From: Thermoproteota archaeon
Lineage (GTDB): Archaea > Korarchaeota > Korarchaeia > Korarchaeales > JAOZGB01
Direction of reading: 5' to 3'
Assembly (NCBI GenBank): GCA_037917685.1
Contig: JAVCBU010000006.1
Coordinates: 128,001-192,000 of the forward strand
Length of the DNA: 64,000 nucleotides
Shown here: piece after piece, positions 49,672 through 58,012 of the stretch
How positions within the stretch are numbered: the first letter of the stretch is position 1
Layout: every line of letters starts with the position of its first letter
Notes under the pieces: model-generated
What the model was told of the DNA's origin: nothing
The model's input: the letters and a program-made list of their open reading frames with translations, nothing else
Database searches by the model: none
Translations under genes and position numbers: made by a program

Positions 49672-49924
49672 CCTGTTCAACGTTAACGGACCCAACGCCC
49701 TTAATTCTACTGAGCTCCTCCTCTACGAGGCTACTTCCGATACTTGGATCTTCAATAACAATAGCAACCCTTACAGCTGAGATTCCGAATGCTATAGGCT
49801 CTATGCTTGTTTTCATTATCTTAAACCTTTCATCTCTTAGGTTGTTCAGCTCTCCAAGTATGTCTTCGGCTTTAAAATTTTCATCAGGCATCAGTTTCAC
49901 ATTCATCAACACTTTTCCACACAA
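49658..49924 (-). CDS. ef1b: Elongation factor 1-beta
   Basis: KLMPD, EPIAFGISA, IKGVGSV. Confidence 0.93.
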   Translation of the reverse strand: MCGKVLMNVKLMPDENFKAEDILGELNNLRDERFKIMKTSIEPIAFGISAVRVAIVIEDPSIGSSLVEEELSRIKGVGSVNVEQVTLI

Positions 49925-49934
49925 ACCACATCAC

Positions 49935-50105
49935 CTAAGGACCCTCAAATCCACAGTTCGGGCAGACATAGTCCCTGCCGAACATCCTACATAGTCTACA
50001 TCTATGGATCCTTGCTTTACCACAGTTAAAACAATAAAAGCTTGTTTTCTCTCGTTCATAAGTTATGTCTCTCCCACACGAGCTGCACGTTATCTTTTCG
50101 ACCAA
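49935..50105 (-). CDS. Zinc-ribbon protein (DUF1610 family; not in ORF track)
   Basis: MVEKITCSSCG...FYCFNCG...RCRLCR...YVCPNCGFEGP; conserved neighbour of ef1b. Confidence 0.9.
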   Translation of the reverse strand: MVEKITCSSCGRDITYEREKTSFYCFNCGKARIHRCRLCRMFGRDYVCPNCGFEGP

Positions 50106-50159
50106 TTTGATCCTACCTTTTTATTGGTGTCTAATCTGTTTTCTTAAAAATTTGAACTT

Positions 50160-50666
50160 TCATATCTGGCTTACATATATATAGTATCCGGTTAACCGGC
50201 TAGCAAGTTCAGTCATATCTTCAATTTTCCGTCTCCATCGTCTGTAATCTTTACTGGCGATAGTGACTCTAAGAGCTTTCATATCGCCTGGAAGGTGAAC
50301 ATGTCCTACCGCTAAAACCCTTACAGGTTTATAAAGTTCTCTCACCAACTGTTCAGGATCGTCTGATCCTATTACTATCTGAACTCTACTTCTAAGCATC
50401 TTTGAGAGCAAATTTCTCATTCTTTCGGTTTGTTCCATGTTTAGACTGCCTCTAATAAGCACTACAATCCTTTTTTCTATGTTAATCGACTTTACATACT
50501 CAACATCCCTATCAATGCTTTGTACAAGTTTACTATCAAGTAAAATTTTCAGAACTTTAATATCAAGCGGGCTTACCAAGCCCTCAGCGATTGTCGATTC
50601 ACATTTCTGGCAGTATGTCCCTGTTTTAAGACATATCTTACAAAGCGGGATTTTCAAAATTATCAC
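50160..50666 (-). CDS. NusA-like KH-domain protein with N-terminal Cys cluster
   Basis: KIPLCKICLKTGTYCQKC...VSPLD; PVRVLAV. Confidence 0.8.
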   Translation of the reverse strand: MIILKIPLCKICLKTGTYCQKCESTIAEGLVSPLDIKVLKILLDSKLVQSIDRDVEYVKSINIEKRIVVLIRGSLNMEQTERMRNLLSKMLRSRVQIVIGSDDPEQLVRELYKPVRVLAVGHVHLPGDMKALRVTIASKDYRRWRRKIEDMTELASRLTGYYIYVSQI

Positions 50667-50720
50667 TCTCCTTTGTTTGCCCCGTAAGGTAGAAATTCTG
50701 ATTTTAAGGTAAACTAGTAT

Positions 50721-50978
50721 CTATTCTGCTTCAATAAAATCTTTCCCTGCACTAGTTATCTTATAATATATGTAACCTCCATGTTTAAAACCCTCTATGA
50801 ACCCTTTCTCTTCAAGCGACTTTAAGATCGGTAATACTTCATTAAAAGTTAGGCCCATCTCTATAATAATCCTCCTAAGATGTACAGTCCCCCTCTTTTT
50901 TATGAATTCAAGTATTCTGGCAACCTTTTCGTTTTGAGTCTCGGCAGGGGCATCCATTGTCCTCACTATTCTCATCAC
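50721..50978 (-). CDS. Winged-helix DNA-binding protein
   Basis: ILKSLEEKGFIE...YYKITSAGKDF. Confidence 0.8.
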   Translation of the reverse strand: MMRIVRTMDAPAETQNEKVARILEFIKKRGTVHLRRIIIEMGLTFNEVLPILKSLEEKGFIEGFKHGGYIYYKITSAGKDFIEAE

Positions 50979-51038
50979 CCTAAAGAAAATAAACTTTTAT
51001 AGCATGTGCGGATTATCATATCATCCGAAGGGATTAAG

Positions 51039-51203
51039 ATGCCTATCACAGATCCGTTGAAAAAGAGGATAGCATGGGAAGCCTTGTTGAACTACAAAAT
51101 CTGTAGAAAGTGCGGGTCAAAAAACCCGATAAATGCCGTTAGATGTCGTAGGTGCAAGAGTAAAAACCTTAGGAAGAAACATACAAAACTTGCTAGGAGG
51201 TAG
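51039..51203 (+). CDS. rpl40e: 50S ribosomal protein L40e
   Basis: MPITDP...KICRKCGSKNP..AVRCRRCKSKNLR. Confidence 0.96.
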   Translation: MPITDPLKKRIAWEALLNYKICRKCGSKNPINAVRCRRCKSKNLRKKHTKLARR

Positions 51204-51206
51204 GGT

Positions 51207-51278
51207 GGGCCGATGGTCTAGCGGTATGACGCCGCCCTCACGAGGCGGAGGTCGAGGGTTCAACTCCCTCTCGGCCCA
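51207..51278 (+). tRNA. tRNA-Val(CAC)
   Basis: CCGCC-CT-CAC-GA-GGCGG cloverleaf. Confidence 0.95.
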
Positions 51279-51907
51279 CTCCCCAACACTATTTCCAACA
51301 CGTATTCTCTAATGCCTTCGCCCCTATATTCTATAAATGATTCTATTTTATCGGGGTCTACGATCTCATAATCTATTAAACCTTGTTCGTGTGGAATCCC
51401 ATCTAAGATAAGACCTGAAACCCTTATGTCATCTGGATATAAGACTATGACAGTGTATAACTTCTTTTCTTTAAACAATGCTATCGACTGTATATTACCA
51501 GAAAGCCCTCGAATAATAAAATTTGTAAACCTCTGAGATAAGTCTGTTATAAGTGAATCTATATTTTTAATCCATGCAACTCTTATTCCTGGCCGTTTAC
51601 TCCTCAAGACCTTACTTAGGATCTCTTTAACATTGTCTAAAACCTGGTCTACCGATGATTCCACTTTAAAAGCTATCTTTTCATCTTTCAACCCTAAAAC
51701 CAGATTTAAAGCAGTCATCCCTTGATATGTTCTTCCTGCTGATGTGTATGAAGCTGTTACCGGGTAGCCGTCGACTAAATATATTTTGCCTATTCCTTCT
51801 TTACCTACAACATTTACAATACCTGTTAGTCTGGAACCCCATACCGTTGTTTCCAGCATTGATAAGAATTGCCTAGAGGCTACCTTACCCTCAAGTTCTA
51901 TGCTCAA
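51260..51907 (-). CDS. Hypothetical protein, MinD-associated (DUF2226-like)
   Basis: LTGIVNV...GKIYLVDGYPVTASY...GMTAL pattern; operonic with minD. Confidence 0.5.
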   Translation of the reverse strand: MSIELEGKVASRQFLSMLETTVWGSRLTGIVNVVGKEGIGKIYLVDGYPVTASYTSAGRTYQGMTALNLVLGLKDEKIAFKVESSVDQVLDNVKEILSKVLRSKRPGIRVAWIKNIDSLITDLSQRFTNFIIRGLSGNIQSIALFKEKKLYTVIVLYPDDIRVSGLILDGIPHEQGLIDYEIVDPDKIESFIEYRGEGIREYVLEIVLGSGPRGS

Positions 51908-51912
51908 GTCCT

Positions 51913-52662
51913 TTACCCAAAGAATGATAGTAGTCCTCTCTTTGGAGGTTTGATGTTTAATCCTGCTATGATGGACGCTATCTTATAGAATTCCCTAACT
52001 GCTTTGTTCGCAGAGTTGCCAGCTACTATTTCCAATTTTATCGAGCTAAGTTTAACCTTCTTGTCATGCGGAATAAGCCCTATACACTTAACGCCTAATA
52101 GTTTCTCGAATTTTGGAACTGCCTCTTTAAACATGCTTATCTTACCCTCTACGTCGTTTAGTATGAAGCCTTCCGGTTTTGCTCCTATCTTGTCCCCTAT
52201 TAGTTTAAGCTTAAGCGCTGCATCAATACTCCAGGGGGTGGGTTGTGCTACTATTACGTAATTTCCTGTAACAGCCATCAGATTAACAATGGTTTCACCA
52301 AGCCCGGCTGGCGCATCTATAAGAACATAGTCGTAGTCGTTCAGTGAATTTAACATGCCTTTAAGTCTGTTAAAGCCCCTCACCTCAGATACCTTAATCC
52401 TATCCTTGCTTGGAATAATGAATAGATTTTCTATTCTTGTAGGGTAAACTATGTCATTCAAGTCCACGTAGTTGGACTTAAGTAGGTCTACCAAATCAAC
52501 TCTAGCATTTATTTTGAAAAGCCTTGTAAGACATGAGAGGCCGTGGTCGGCATCCACTAAAATAGTCTTAAACCCACTTTTAGAAAGTATATAACCTATA
52601 TTTCCCACTATAGTTGTTTTACCAGTTCCTCCCTTACCTGAGACCCAGCTTATTGCTTTCAT
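51913..52662 (-). CDS. minD: MinD/ParA family ATPase
   Basis: SGKGGTGKTT, VDAD, IDAPAG, IPHD, C-terminal amphipathic KRGLLSFFG. Confidence 0.88.
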   Translation of the reverse strand: MKAISWVSGKGGTGKTTIVGNIGYILSKSGFKTILVDADHGLSCLTRLFKINARVDLVDLLKSNYVDLNDIVYPTRIENLFIIPSKDRIKVSEVRGFNRLKGMLNSLNDYDYVLIDAPAGLGETIVNLMAVTGNYVIVAQPTPWSIDAALKLKLIGDKIGAKPEGFILNDVEGKISMFKEAVPKFEKLLGVKCIGLIPHDKKVKLSSIKLEIVAGNSANKAVREFYKIASIIAGLNIKPPKRGLLSFFG

Positions 52663-52832
52663 CAGATCTCCTCGAGCTGTCTTCTCAGCTCCATTTTGAC
52701 AGACTGAAGATTTTTGACCATCATTTCAAGGTCTTTTTGGCTTAGCCTAGGCTTGTGCTTAAGTGTTAGCCTAATTCTATCGGTTGCGAGAACCCCGGCT
52801 AATACCCACCCGGATACCGAAACAATATCCAT
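52662..52832 (-). CDS. Small protein with hydrophobic N-terminus and coiled-coil tail (56 aa, not in ORF track)
   Basis: MDIVSVSGWVLAGVLA...LQSVKMELRRQLEEI; TGATG overlap with minD start. Confidence 0.55.
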   Translation of the reverse strand: MDIVSVSGWVLAGVLATDRIRLTLKHKPRLSQKDLEMMVKNLQSVKMELRRQLEEI

Positions 52833-52889
52833 ACTCACTCAACATTTACCATCTCGTGAGTTATTTATTAATGTTGCTTTTGTCTCTAT

Positions 52890-54134
52890 CTACGGCAAAG
52901 TTATCTTTCCCTCCACAACTCCTGTTTTTTGTCTTTCAGCACGGGTTAATGCAAATACATCCCTTAAGATCTTCTCCTCTATGGCTGATGCTTCAACATT
53001 TCTCCTTCTACACATCCTTCTATAGGTAAGTATGGCGCTTTCGAGGTTAAGTTCAATGTTTCTTCCACCTATTCCTTCTAAAAAGATTGTGAATGACGGA
53101 ACGTTTTTTGTTACAACTCCATGGATATGTGATGCTGTGCCTATAGAAACTCCAGAGTATATTAAACACCCGATTGATGTCTTACAGTGGTCTCCGATGC
53201 ATGCCCCCAGCTTTATTAAGTTAGTCTCTATTCTTTCAGAACCCAAATAAACCCTAATAGTGCCGTATGTATTCTTTAAATCCGAAGTTGTTGTACCAGC
53301 ACCAATATTAACCCATGAACCAACATAGCTATGGCCTAAAAAACCATAATGATATTTGTTAGTATAAGCTTCCATAATTGAGCAATCAACCTCCCCTCCA
53401 ACTCTACATGTATCACCTATGTAGCATGTGGACAAATGGGCTGACGGCATAATATATGTGTTATTTCCGATGTATGCAGGACCCTCGATCGTTGTGCCAT
53501 GCCCTAGCTTTACACCACGTCCTATGAAAACAGGGCCATTTGTGCAGTCAATAAATATATGACCATAAAACTTTACGTCTTTATCTACATGTAAGCCCCC
53601 TGTTCCTTCAACGATTACGTTTGCATCTTTAAATTCGGTCTGCTCGCATTCAACAGTCTCTTTAAGTGCATTCTCAAAGACGGCTATTAGATCCCAGTGA
53701 TATTTAAGCTCTTTCATGTTTGCATTGGGTTTCTGTTCCAAGGGCTTAAACATATTTTTCCTTATTACAGATAGCTCTTCCTTGCTATTTGGCCTGAAAG
53801 CATAAATCGTATCCTCTGTTTGGAGGAACTCTCCAGGTTTCAGATCTAAAATCTGGTGCATGTCCCTTTCAGAGGGGATTACTCTGCAATTTACAAATAA
53901 GTATCCTGTTACATCATCTAGAATGTCCTTGTTAACTTGAATTCTAGGGTATAGCCATGCTGTCTTCCTGGCAACCAATTCTCTACAGAAAGCCAGCTCC
54001 GGCTTCATTCCTAAGGCCTCTGTGATGTATTGGAGCAGTGTTTTTGCACCATATCTAAGCTGAAAAGTAGGCCTTGTATACGTTAATGGTAGAAAATATC
54101 TATACCTATAATCTTCGAAAATACATAGCTTCAC
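52890..54134 (-). CDS. GlmU-like sugar nucleotidyl/acetyltransferase
   Basis: FLPLTYTRP, hexapeptide repeats, HYGFLGHSYVGSWVNIGAGT..SDLKNTY. Confidence 0.85.
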   Translation of the reverse strand: MKLCIFEDYRYRYFLPLTYTRPTFQLRYGAKTLLQYITEALGMKPELAFCRELVARKTAWLYPRIQVNKDILDDVTGYLFVNCRVIPSERDMHQILDLKPGEFLQTEDTIYAFRPNSKEELSVIRKNMFKPLEQKPNANMKELKYHWDLIAVFENALKETVECEQTEFKDANVIVEGTGGLHVDKDVKFYGHIFIDCTNGPVFIGRGVKLGHGTTIEGPAYIGNNTYIMPSAHLSTCYIGDTCRVGGEVDCSIMEAYTNKYHYGFLGHSYVGSWVNIGAGTTTSDLKNTYGTIRVYLGSERIETNLIKLGACIGDHCKTSIGCLIYSGVSIGTASHIHGVVTKNVPSFTIFLEGIGGRNIELNLESAILTYRRMCRRRNVEASAIEEKILRDVFALTRAERQKTGVVEGKITLP

Positions 54135-54182
54135 AGCAAACTCAAATATTAGCCCACACTATAAATATATCGTAGCATTGCG

Positions 54183-55448
54183 GTGTCAAACTTGGAAGAA
54201 GACTCATATAATCGTTATATATTCAAAAAGAAACTATCAATCCTCAGGAGTAAGGAGGGAAGAGGGACAGAACTTATAAGTCTCTATATCCCTCCAAACA
54301 GGAACATTTTCGAAGTAACACGATATCTTAGAAAAGAATACGATCAAGCAGGGAACATAAAAGATAAATCTACCAGAAAAAACGTTCAGGCAGCTCTAGA
54401 GTCGCTCCTTCAACGGTTAAAATTATATAAAGTCCCACCGGAAAATGGAATAGCATTATTTTGCGGCGCGATCCCTAGAAATAAGATTCGAGGCACCGAA
54501 AAAATCGAATTATATGAGGTAATCCCTCCCGAGCCTATAAGGTCATTCATATACAGATGTGACCAAAAGTTTTATCTCGAACCTCTCATGGGGATGACTA
54601 AAGAAAAAGAGTCGTATGGACTAATAGTCATGGATAGAGGCGGAGGAAATATTGCTTTGATTAAAGGCTCCAATTATAAGATACTCGATAAGATAACATC
54701 ACTAGTGCCACCTAAACATAGTGCGGGAGGACAATCTCAGAGGAGGTTTGAAAGGTTACGAGAGGTATCTGTAATCCAATTTTACAAAAAACTTGGTGAG
54801 CATGTGAATAAGGCATTCCTACCCCTACAAGATTTAAAAGGAATAATAGTCGGAGGCCCCGGAGATGCTAAAAGGGAATTTATAGAAGGAGATTACATGC
54901 ACTATAGCTTGAAAAAGAAGGTAATAGCATTAGTAAATCTATCCTACACCGGAGAATCCGGTGTAAGGGAACTCGTTTGGAAAGCATCTAGCATAATATC
55001 CGATACTATTCTTGCAAGAGAGAAGCAAGTTGTCGAAAATTTCCTGAAAGCCATAATTAACGATCCTGACGCCGTTGTTTACGGCAGGGAAAGCGTGGAA
55101 AACACTCTAAAAATGGGGGCCGTAGACAAAGTCCTAATACTTGACAACCTTAACCTTTACCTCATAGGTAGAAAATGCTTAAACTGCGGTTATAGCCAAA
55201 CAGAATGGGTAAAAGCGGTGGACATAGAGCTGCTTATTGAGAAGTTATCGTCGGAACCCTGCCCCAAATGTGGTAGTACAACATTTGAGATAAGCGATCC
55301 CAAGGACATCGTCGAATATATGGGGGAGTTAGCAGAAAACTACAATACGAAAATCGAAGTAATAACGTCAGGAACAGAATGGGGAAAGCAGGTCGAAGCC
55401 TTTGGTGGTATAGTTGGACTGCTAAGATATAAAGTTGAAGAACTATAG
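54183..55448 (+). CDS. prf1: Peptide chain release factor aRF1
   Basis: GTELISLYIP, NIKD, YRCD, GGQSQRRFER. Confidence 0.97.
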   Translation: MSNLEEDSYNRYIFKKKLSILRSKEGRGTELISLYIPPNRNIFEVTRYLRKEYDQAGNIKDKSTRKNVQAALESLLQRLKLYKVPPENGIALFCGAIPRNKIRGTEKIELYEVIPPEPIRSFIYRCDQKFYLEPLMGMTKEKESYGLIVMDRGGGNIALIKGSNYKILDKITSLVPPKHSAGGQSQRRFERLREVSVIQFYKKLGEHVNKAFLPLQDLKGIIVGGPGDAKREFIEGDYMHYSLKKKVIALVNLSYTGESGVRELVWKASSIISDTILAREKQVVENFLKAIINDPDAVVYGRESVENTLKMGAVDKVLILDNLNLYLIGRKCLNCGYSQTEWVKAVDIELLIEKLSSEPCPKCGSTTFEISDPKDIVEYMGELAENYNTKIEVITSGTEWGKQVEAFGGIVGLLRYKVEEL

Positions 55449-55492
55449 TCATGCCAAAATTTTAATTAGCATTATTCACCCTACATATTAAT

Positions 55493-55566
55493 GGGCCGGT
55501 AGCGCAGCCTGGGAGCGCGCCGCCTTCGCAAGGCGGAGGTCGAGGGTTCGAATCCCTCTCGGTCCA
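55493..55566 (+). tRNA. tRNA-Ala(CGC)
   Basis: G3-U70; CCGCC-TT-CGC-AA-GGCGG. Confidence 0.95.
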
Positions 55567-55569
55567 CAT

Positions 55570-55656
55570 GGGCCCGTAGCTTAGCCTGGTTGGAGCGCTC
55601 GACCCTGAGCGAAGCTGATAACCGAGAGGTCGTGGGTTCGAATCCCACCGGGCCCA
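55570..55656 (+). tRNA. tRNA-Ile(GAT) with 12-nt intron at 30/31 (55602-55613)
   Basis: BHB CGCT-CGA...AGCG-AAG; splicing gives CTCGG-CT-GAT-AA-CCGAG. Confidence 0.92.
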
Positions 55657-55694
55657 CTCATCGATGCTCTCCCATTTCACATGGTGGAGTTACA

Positions 55695-56090
55695 ATGAAG
55701 TTGCTTATCGATAGTAGCTTTATGATTATGGTATTTCAAAGAACAGGACTCTCAATAGATAAGATTATGCAAGCTGCTCAAGCATCCGAAATATTAACAC
55801 TTAGCATTTGTGTAAACGAGCTTAAATCTATTGCACACCGTAAGAAGGGATTTAAATCTAAATTGGTCGAAAATGTGTTGGAATCTCTAGATAATTTAGG
55901 CATTAAAGTTTTAAGATACTGCGGGGTAGAGAGCAAAGCAGACATGGCAATAATAGATTTTGCGAAGAAAAATAGAAATATCATTGTAGGAACATGCGAC
56001 CACGAGTTAGTGGTAAAATTAAGACAAGCGTCCATTCCAGTAGTCTATATAGGTTCTGACGGCCGGCTCATTGTTGAAGGCATTGGGTAG
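55695..56090 (+). CDS. PIN-domain protein (Fcf1/Utp24-like)
   Basis: LLIDSSF, NEL, ADMAI, GTCDHEL; precedes rpoE. Confidence 0.88.
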   Translation: MKLLIDSSFMIMVFQRTGLSIDKIMQAAQASEILTLSICVNELKSIAHRKKGFKSKLVENVLESLDNLGIKVLRYCGVESKADMAIIDFAKKNRNIIVGTCDHELVVKLRQASIPVVYIGSDGRLIVEGIG

Positions 56091-56100
56091 GTGTTATAAA

Positions 56101-56682
56101 ATGTTTCATAGAGTTAGATTGAGAGATGTTTCTGTTGTACTTCCACACAAAATTTCAGATAACTTAGCCGAAGTAATACTTGAAGACCTCAGATCGAGGT
56201 TTATAGATACCTACATACCTGACGTGGGCTTGGTATTGGAAATACTAAATGTGAAAAGCCAGGGAATAGCGAAGATCCCACCAACATCCTCAAGTCTACA
56301 TATAGAAGTAGAATTTGACGTCTTAGCATATATTCCTAGGGTGCAGGAGATAGTGGAAGGCCCGATCACTCATGTTGAAAGCTTCGGGGTCTTTGTGAGA
56401 GTTGGACCTTTTGATGGAATGGTTCACATTTCTCAGCTGGCGGATGATTATTTTTCATATAGTGATGGCATGCTAACCGGTAGAAAAACCGGTATAACTT
56501 TCCGTAGAAATGACCTAATAAGGGCTAGGGTTATATCGGTAAGTAAACCCCAGAAAATCTTTCCAGAGAAGGTTGGTGAAATAACCGAGGAGGAGGAAAG
56601 AGCTTTTATGAAGATAATACTGACTTGTAGACAGCCGGGCCTTGGAAGGATTAAGGAGGAGACTGAAGGTGAAGGCGTGTAG
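56101..56682 (+). CDS. rpoE1: RNA polymerase subunit Rpo7 (E')
   Basis: FGVFVRVGPFDGMVHISQ, RARVISVS, LTCRQPGLG. Confidence 0.95.
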   Translation: MFHRVRLRDVSVVLPHKISDNLAEVILEDLRSRFIDTYIPDVGLVLEILNVKSQGIAKIPPTSSSLHIEVEFDVLAYIPRVQEIVEGPITHVESFGVFVRVGPFDGMVHISQLADDYFSYSDGMLTGRKTGITFRRNDLIRARVISVSKPQKIFPEKVGEITEEEERAFMKIILTCRQPGLGRIKEETEGEGV

Positions 56683-56848
56683 AAAATGTAAAACCTTGAC
56701 TTTCGACGATACATGCCCTAAATGCGGGTCTAAAGAGCTTACTCCGAACTGGAGAGGGATAATAATAATTCTTAATCCTAAAGAGTCGAGGGCTGCAAAG
56801 CTGTTTAATATTGACGATGAAGGAGTCTATGCACTCCAAGTTAGATAA
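56669..56848 (+). CDS. spt4: Transcription elongation factor Spt4 (RpoE'')
   Basis: KACRKC..CPKCGS..WRGIIII.NP..S..A..G.YAL. Confidence 0.95.
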   Translation: MKACRKCKTLTFDDTCPKCGSKELTPNWRGIIIILNPKESRAAKLFNIDDEGVYALQVR

Positions 56849-56880
56849 ATTTTAAGTCTAATGGAGGTGAATAAAGGCTG

Positions 56881-57174
56881 ATGGAGTTGGAACTAGTTAA
56901 AAGTGAAAGACAAGATCTACTGCATAGAACACAATACATTATACTTCTAAAAAATGCTGAATCTCCATTAAAGAGGATTGACGCCAAAAGGATGATTGTA
57001 GGACACCTAAAGGCTGATCCATCTAAAACGTTAATAGGGAAGATGAGGTACATCCCTGGTACACGTGATATTGAGGTGAAGGCAAGAGTGTATGATAGTT
57101 TAGAGTACGCTAAAAGAATAGAGCCCAAACATATAATTAAAAGAAATATAACAGCAGAGCAGGAAGGTGAATGA
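56881..57174 (+). CDS. rps24e: 30S ribosomal protein S24e
   Basis: LLHR, ARVYDSLEYAKRIEPKHIIKRN. Confidence 0.92.
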   Translation: MELELVKSERQDLLHRTQYIILLKNAESPLKRIDAKRMIVGHLKADPSKTLIGKMRYIPGTRDIEVKARVYDSLEYAKRIEPKHIIKRNITAEQEGE

Positions 57175-57175
57175 T

Positions 57176-57337
57176 ATGAGTAAAGCGATCGCTAAATATT
57201 ACAAGATCGAAGGCGAAAAACTAATAAGACTGAAAAGACAATGTCCTAGATGCGGAAGATTCATGGCTGAGCACAGTAACAGATGGACATGTGGATATTG
57301 TGGCTTCACAATATTTAAGAAGGAGGAGGGCCCGTAG
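57176..57337 (+). CDS. rps27ae: 30S ribosomal protein S27ae (not in ORF track)
   Basis: YYKIEGEKLIRLKRQCPRCGRFMAEHSNRWTCGYCGFT. Confidence 0.96.
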   Translation: MSKAIAKYYKIEGEKLIRLKRQCPRCGRFMAEHSNRWTCGYCGFTIFKKEEGP

Positions 57338-57403
57338 CTCAGCTAGGATTAGAGCGCTGGCCTCCTAAGCCAGTTGTCGCGGGTTCGAGTCCCGCCGGGC
57401 CCG
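57328..57403 (+). tRNA. tRNA-Arg(CCT)
   Basis: CTGGC-CT-CCT-AA-GCCAG cloverleaf; overlaps rps27ae stop. Confidence 0.95.
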
Positions 57404-57409
57404 CTTCCT

Positions 57410-57961
57410 CTACAACCTTGAAATAGCGATCTTTTCAAGAATTATTTTCTCCGCTTCTGCGGGATACTCCTCCAACCTTACTCCAAATACCTTCTCCTGA
57501 TATCTTAACTTTTCTTTCCCGCTTTCTTCTACAAATTCGGGACGGATTGACCCCTGTAGTGTTTCAACAATCCCGTTTAATGCTAAATAAGCAGAATCTT
57601 CGTCTACGGATAGTATCACTACGCAAAGATTATAAGATCTCTCTGAAAGAACCTTTTTTAAAGCATCAGATATCTGTGTTGTTGCTAGGAGATAAAGGCT
57701 GATCTCAACCTTTAAATCTCTTCCACTATCCATGGCTGCTCGTGCAGCATGCTCAACCGCCGATATTACATGTAAAGGAGAGAAGATCAACCTACTATTC
57801 ACAAACAAGCAGCAAACATTATATTTTCCATCGATCTTCATGGATAACTCGATCAATTCCCTTCTAGAGTAAGGTTTTTCGATGTGTACTCCATTGATGA
57901 GGATAAACTTGTACCTTGTGTACTTGCTTAACGCCTTTGACCTGTAGATCACCTCTAACAC
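57410..57961 (-). CDS. cgi121: KEOPS subunit Cgi121
   Basis: HVISAVEHAARA..EISLYLLATTQISDALK..ILEKIA. Confidence 0.85.
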   Translation of the reverse strand: MLEVIYRSKALSKYTRYKFILINGVHIEKPYSRRELIELSMKIDGKYNVCCLFVNSRLIFSPLHVISAVEHAARAAMDSGRDLKVEISLYLLATTQISDALKKVLSERSYNLCVVILSVDEDSAYLALNGIVETLQGSIRPEFVEESGKEKLRYQEKVFGVRLEEYPAEAEKIILEKIAISRL

Positions 57962-58012
57962 CCGTGTTAACCGGTATAATTTATAGTTAGCCTTCGCCTT
58001 AAATACTATTGT

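Noticed and set aside
55462-55680. ORF-track ORFs over tRNA genes (also 36024-36230 and 60550-60765)
   Set aside because: Shadow frames of tRNA sequences
56545-56610. Acidic insertion in Rpo7 as another in-frame intron
   Set aside because: No BHB geometry or strong hairpin visible
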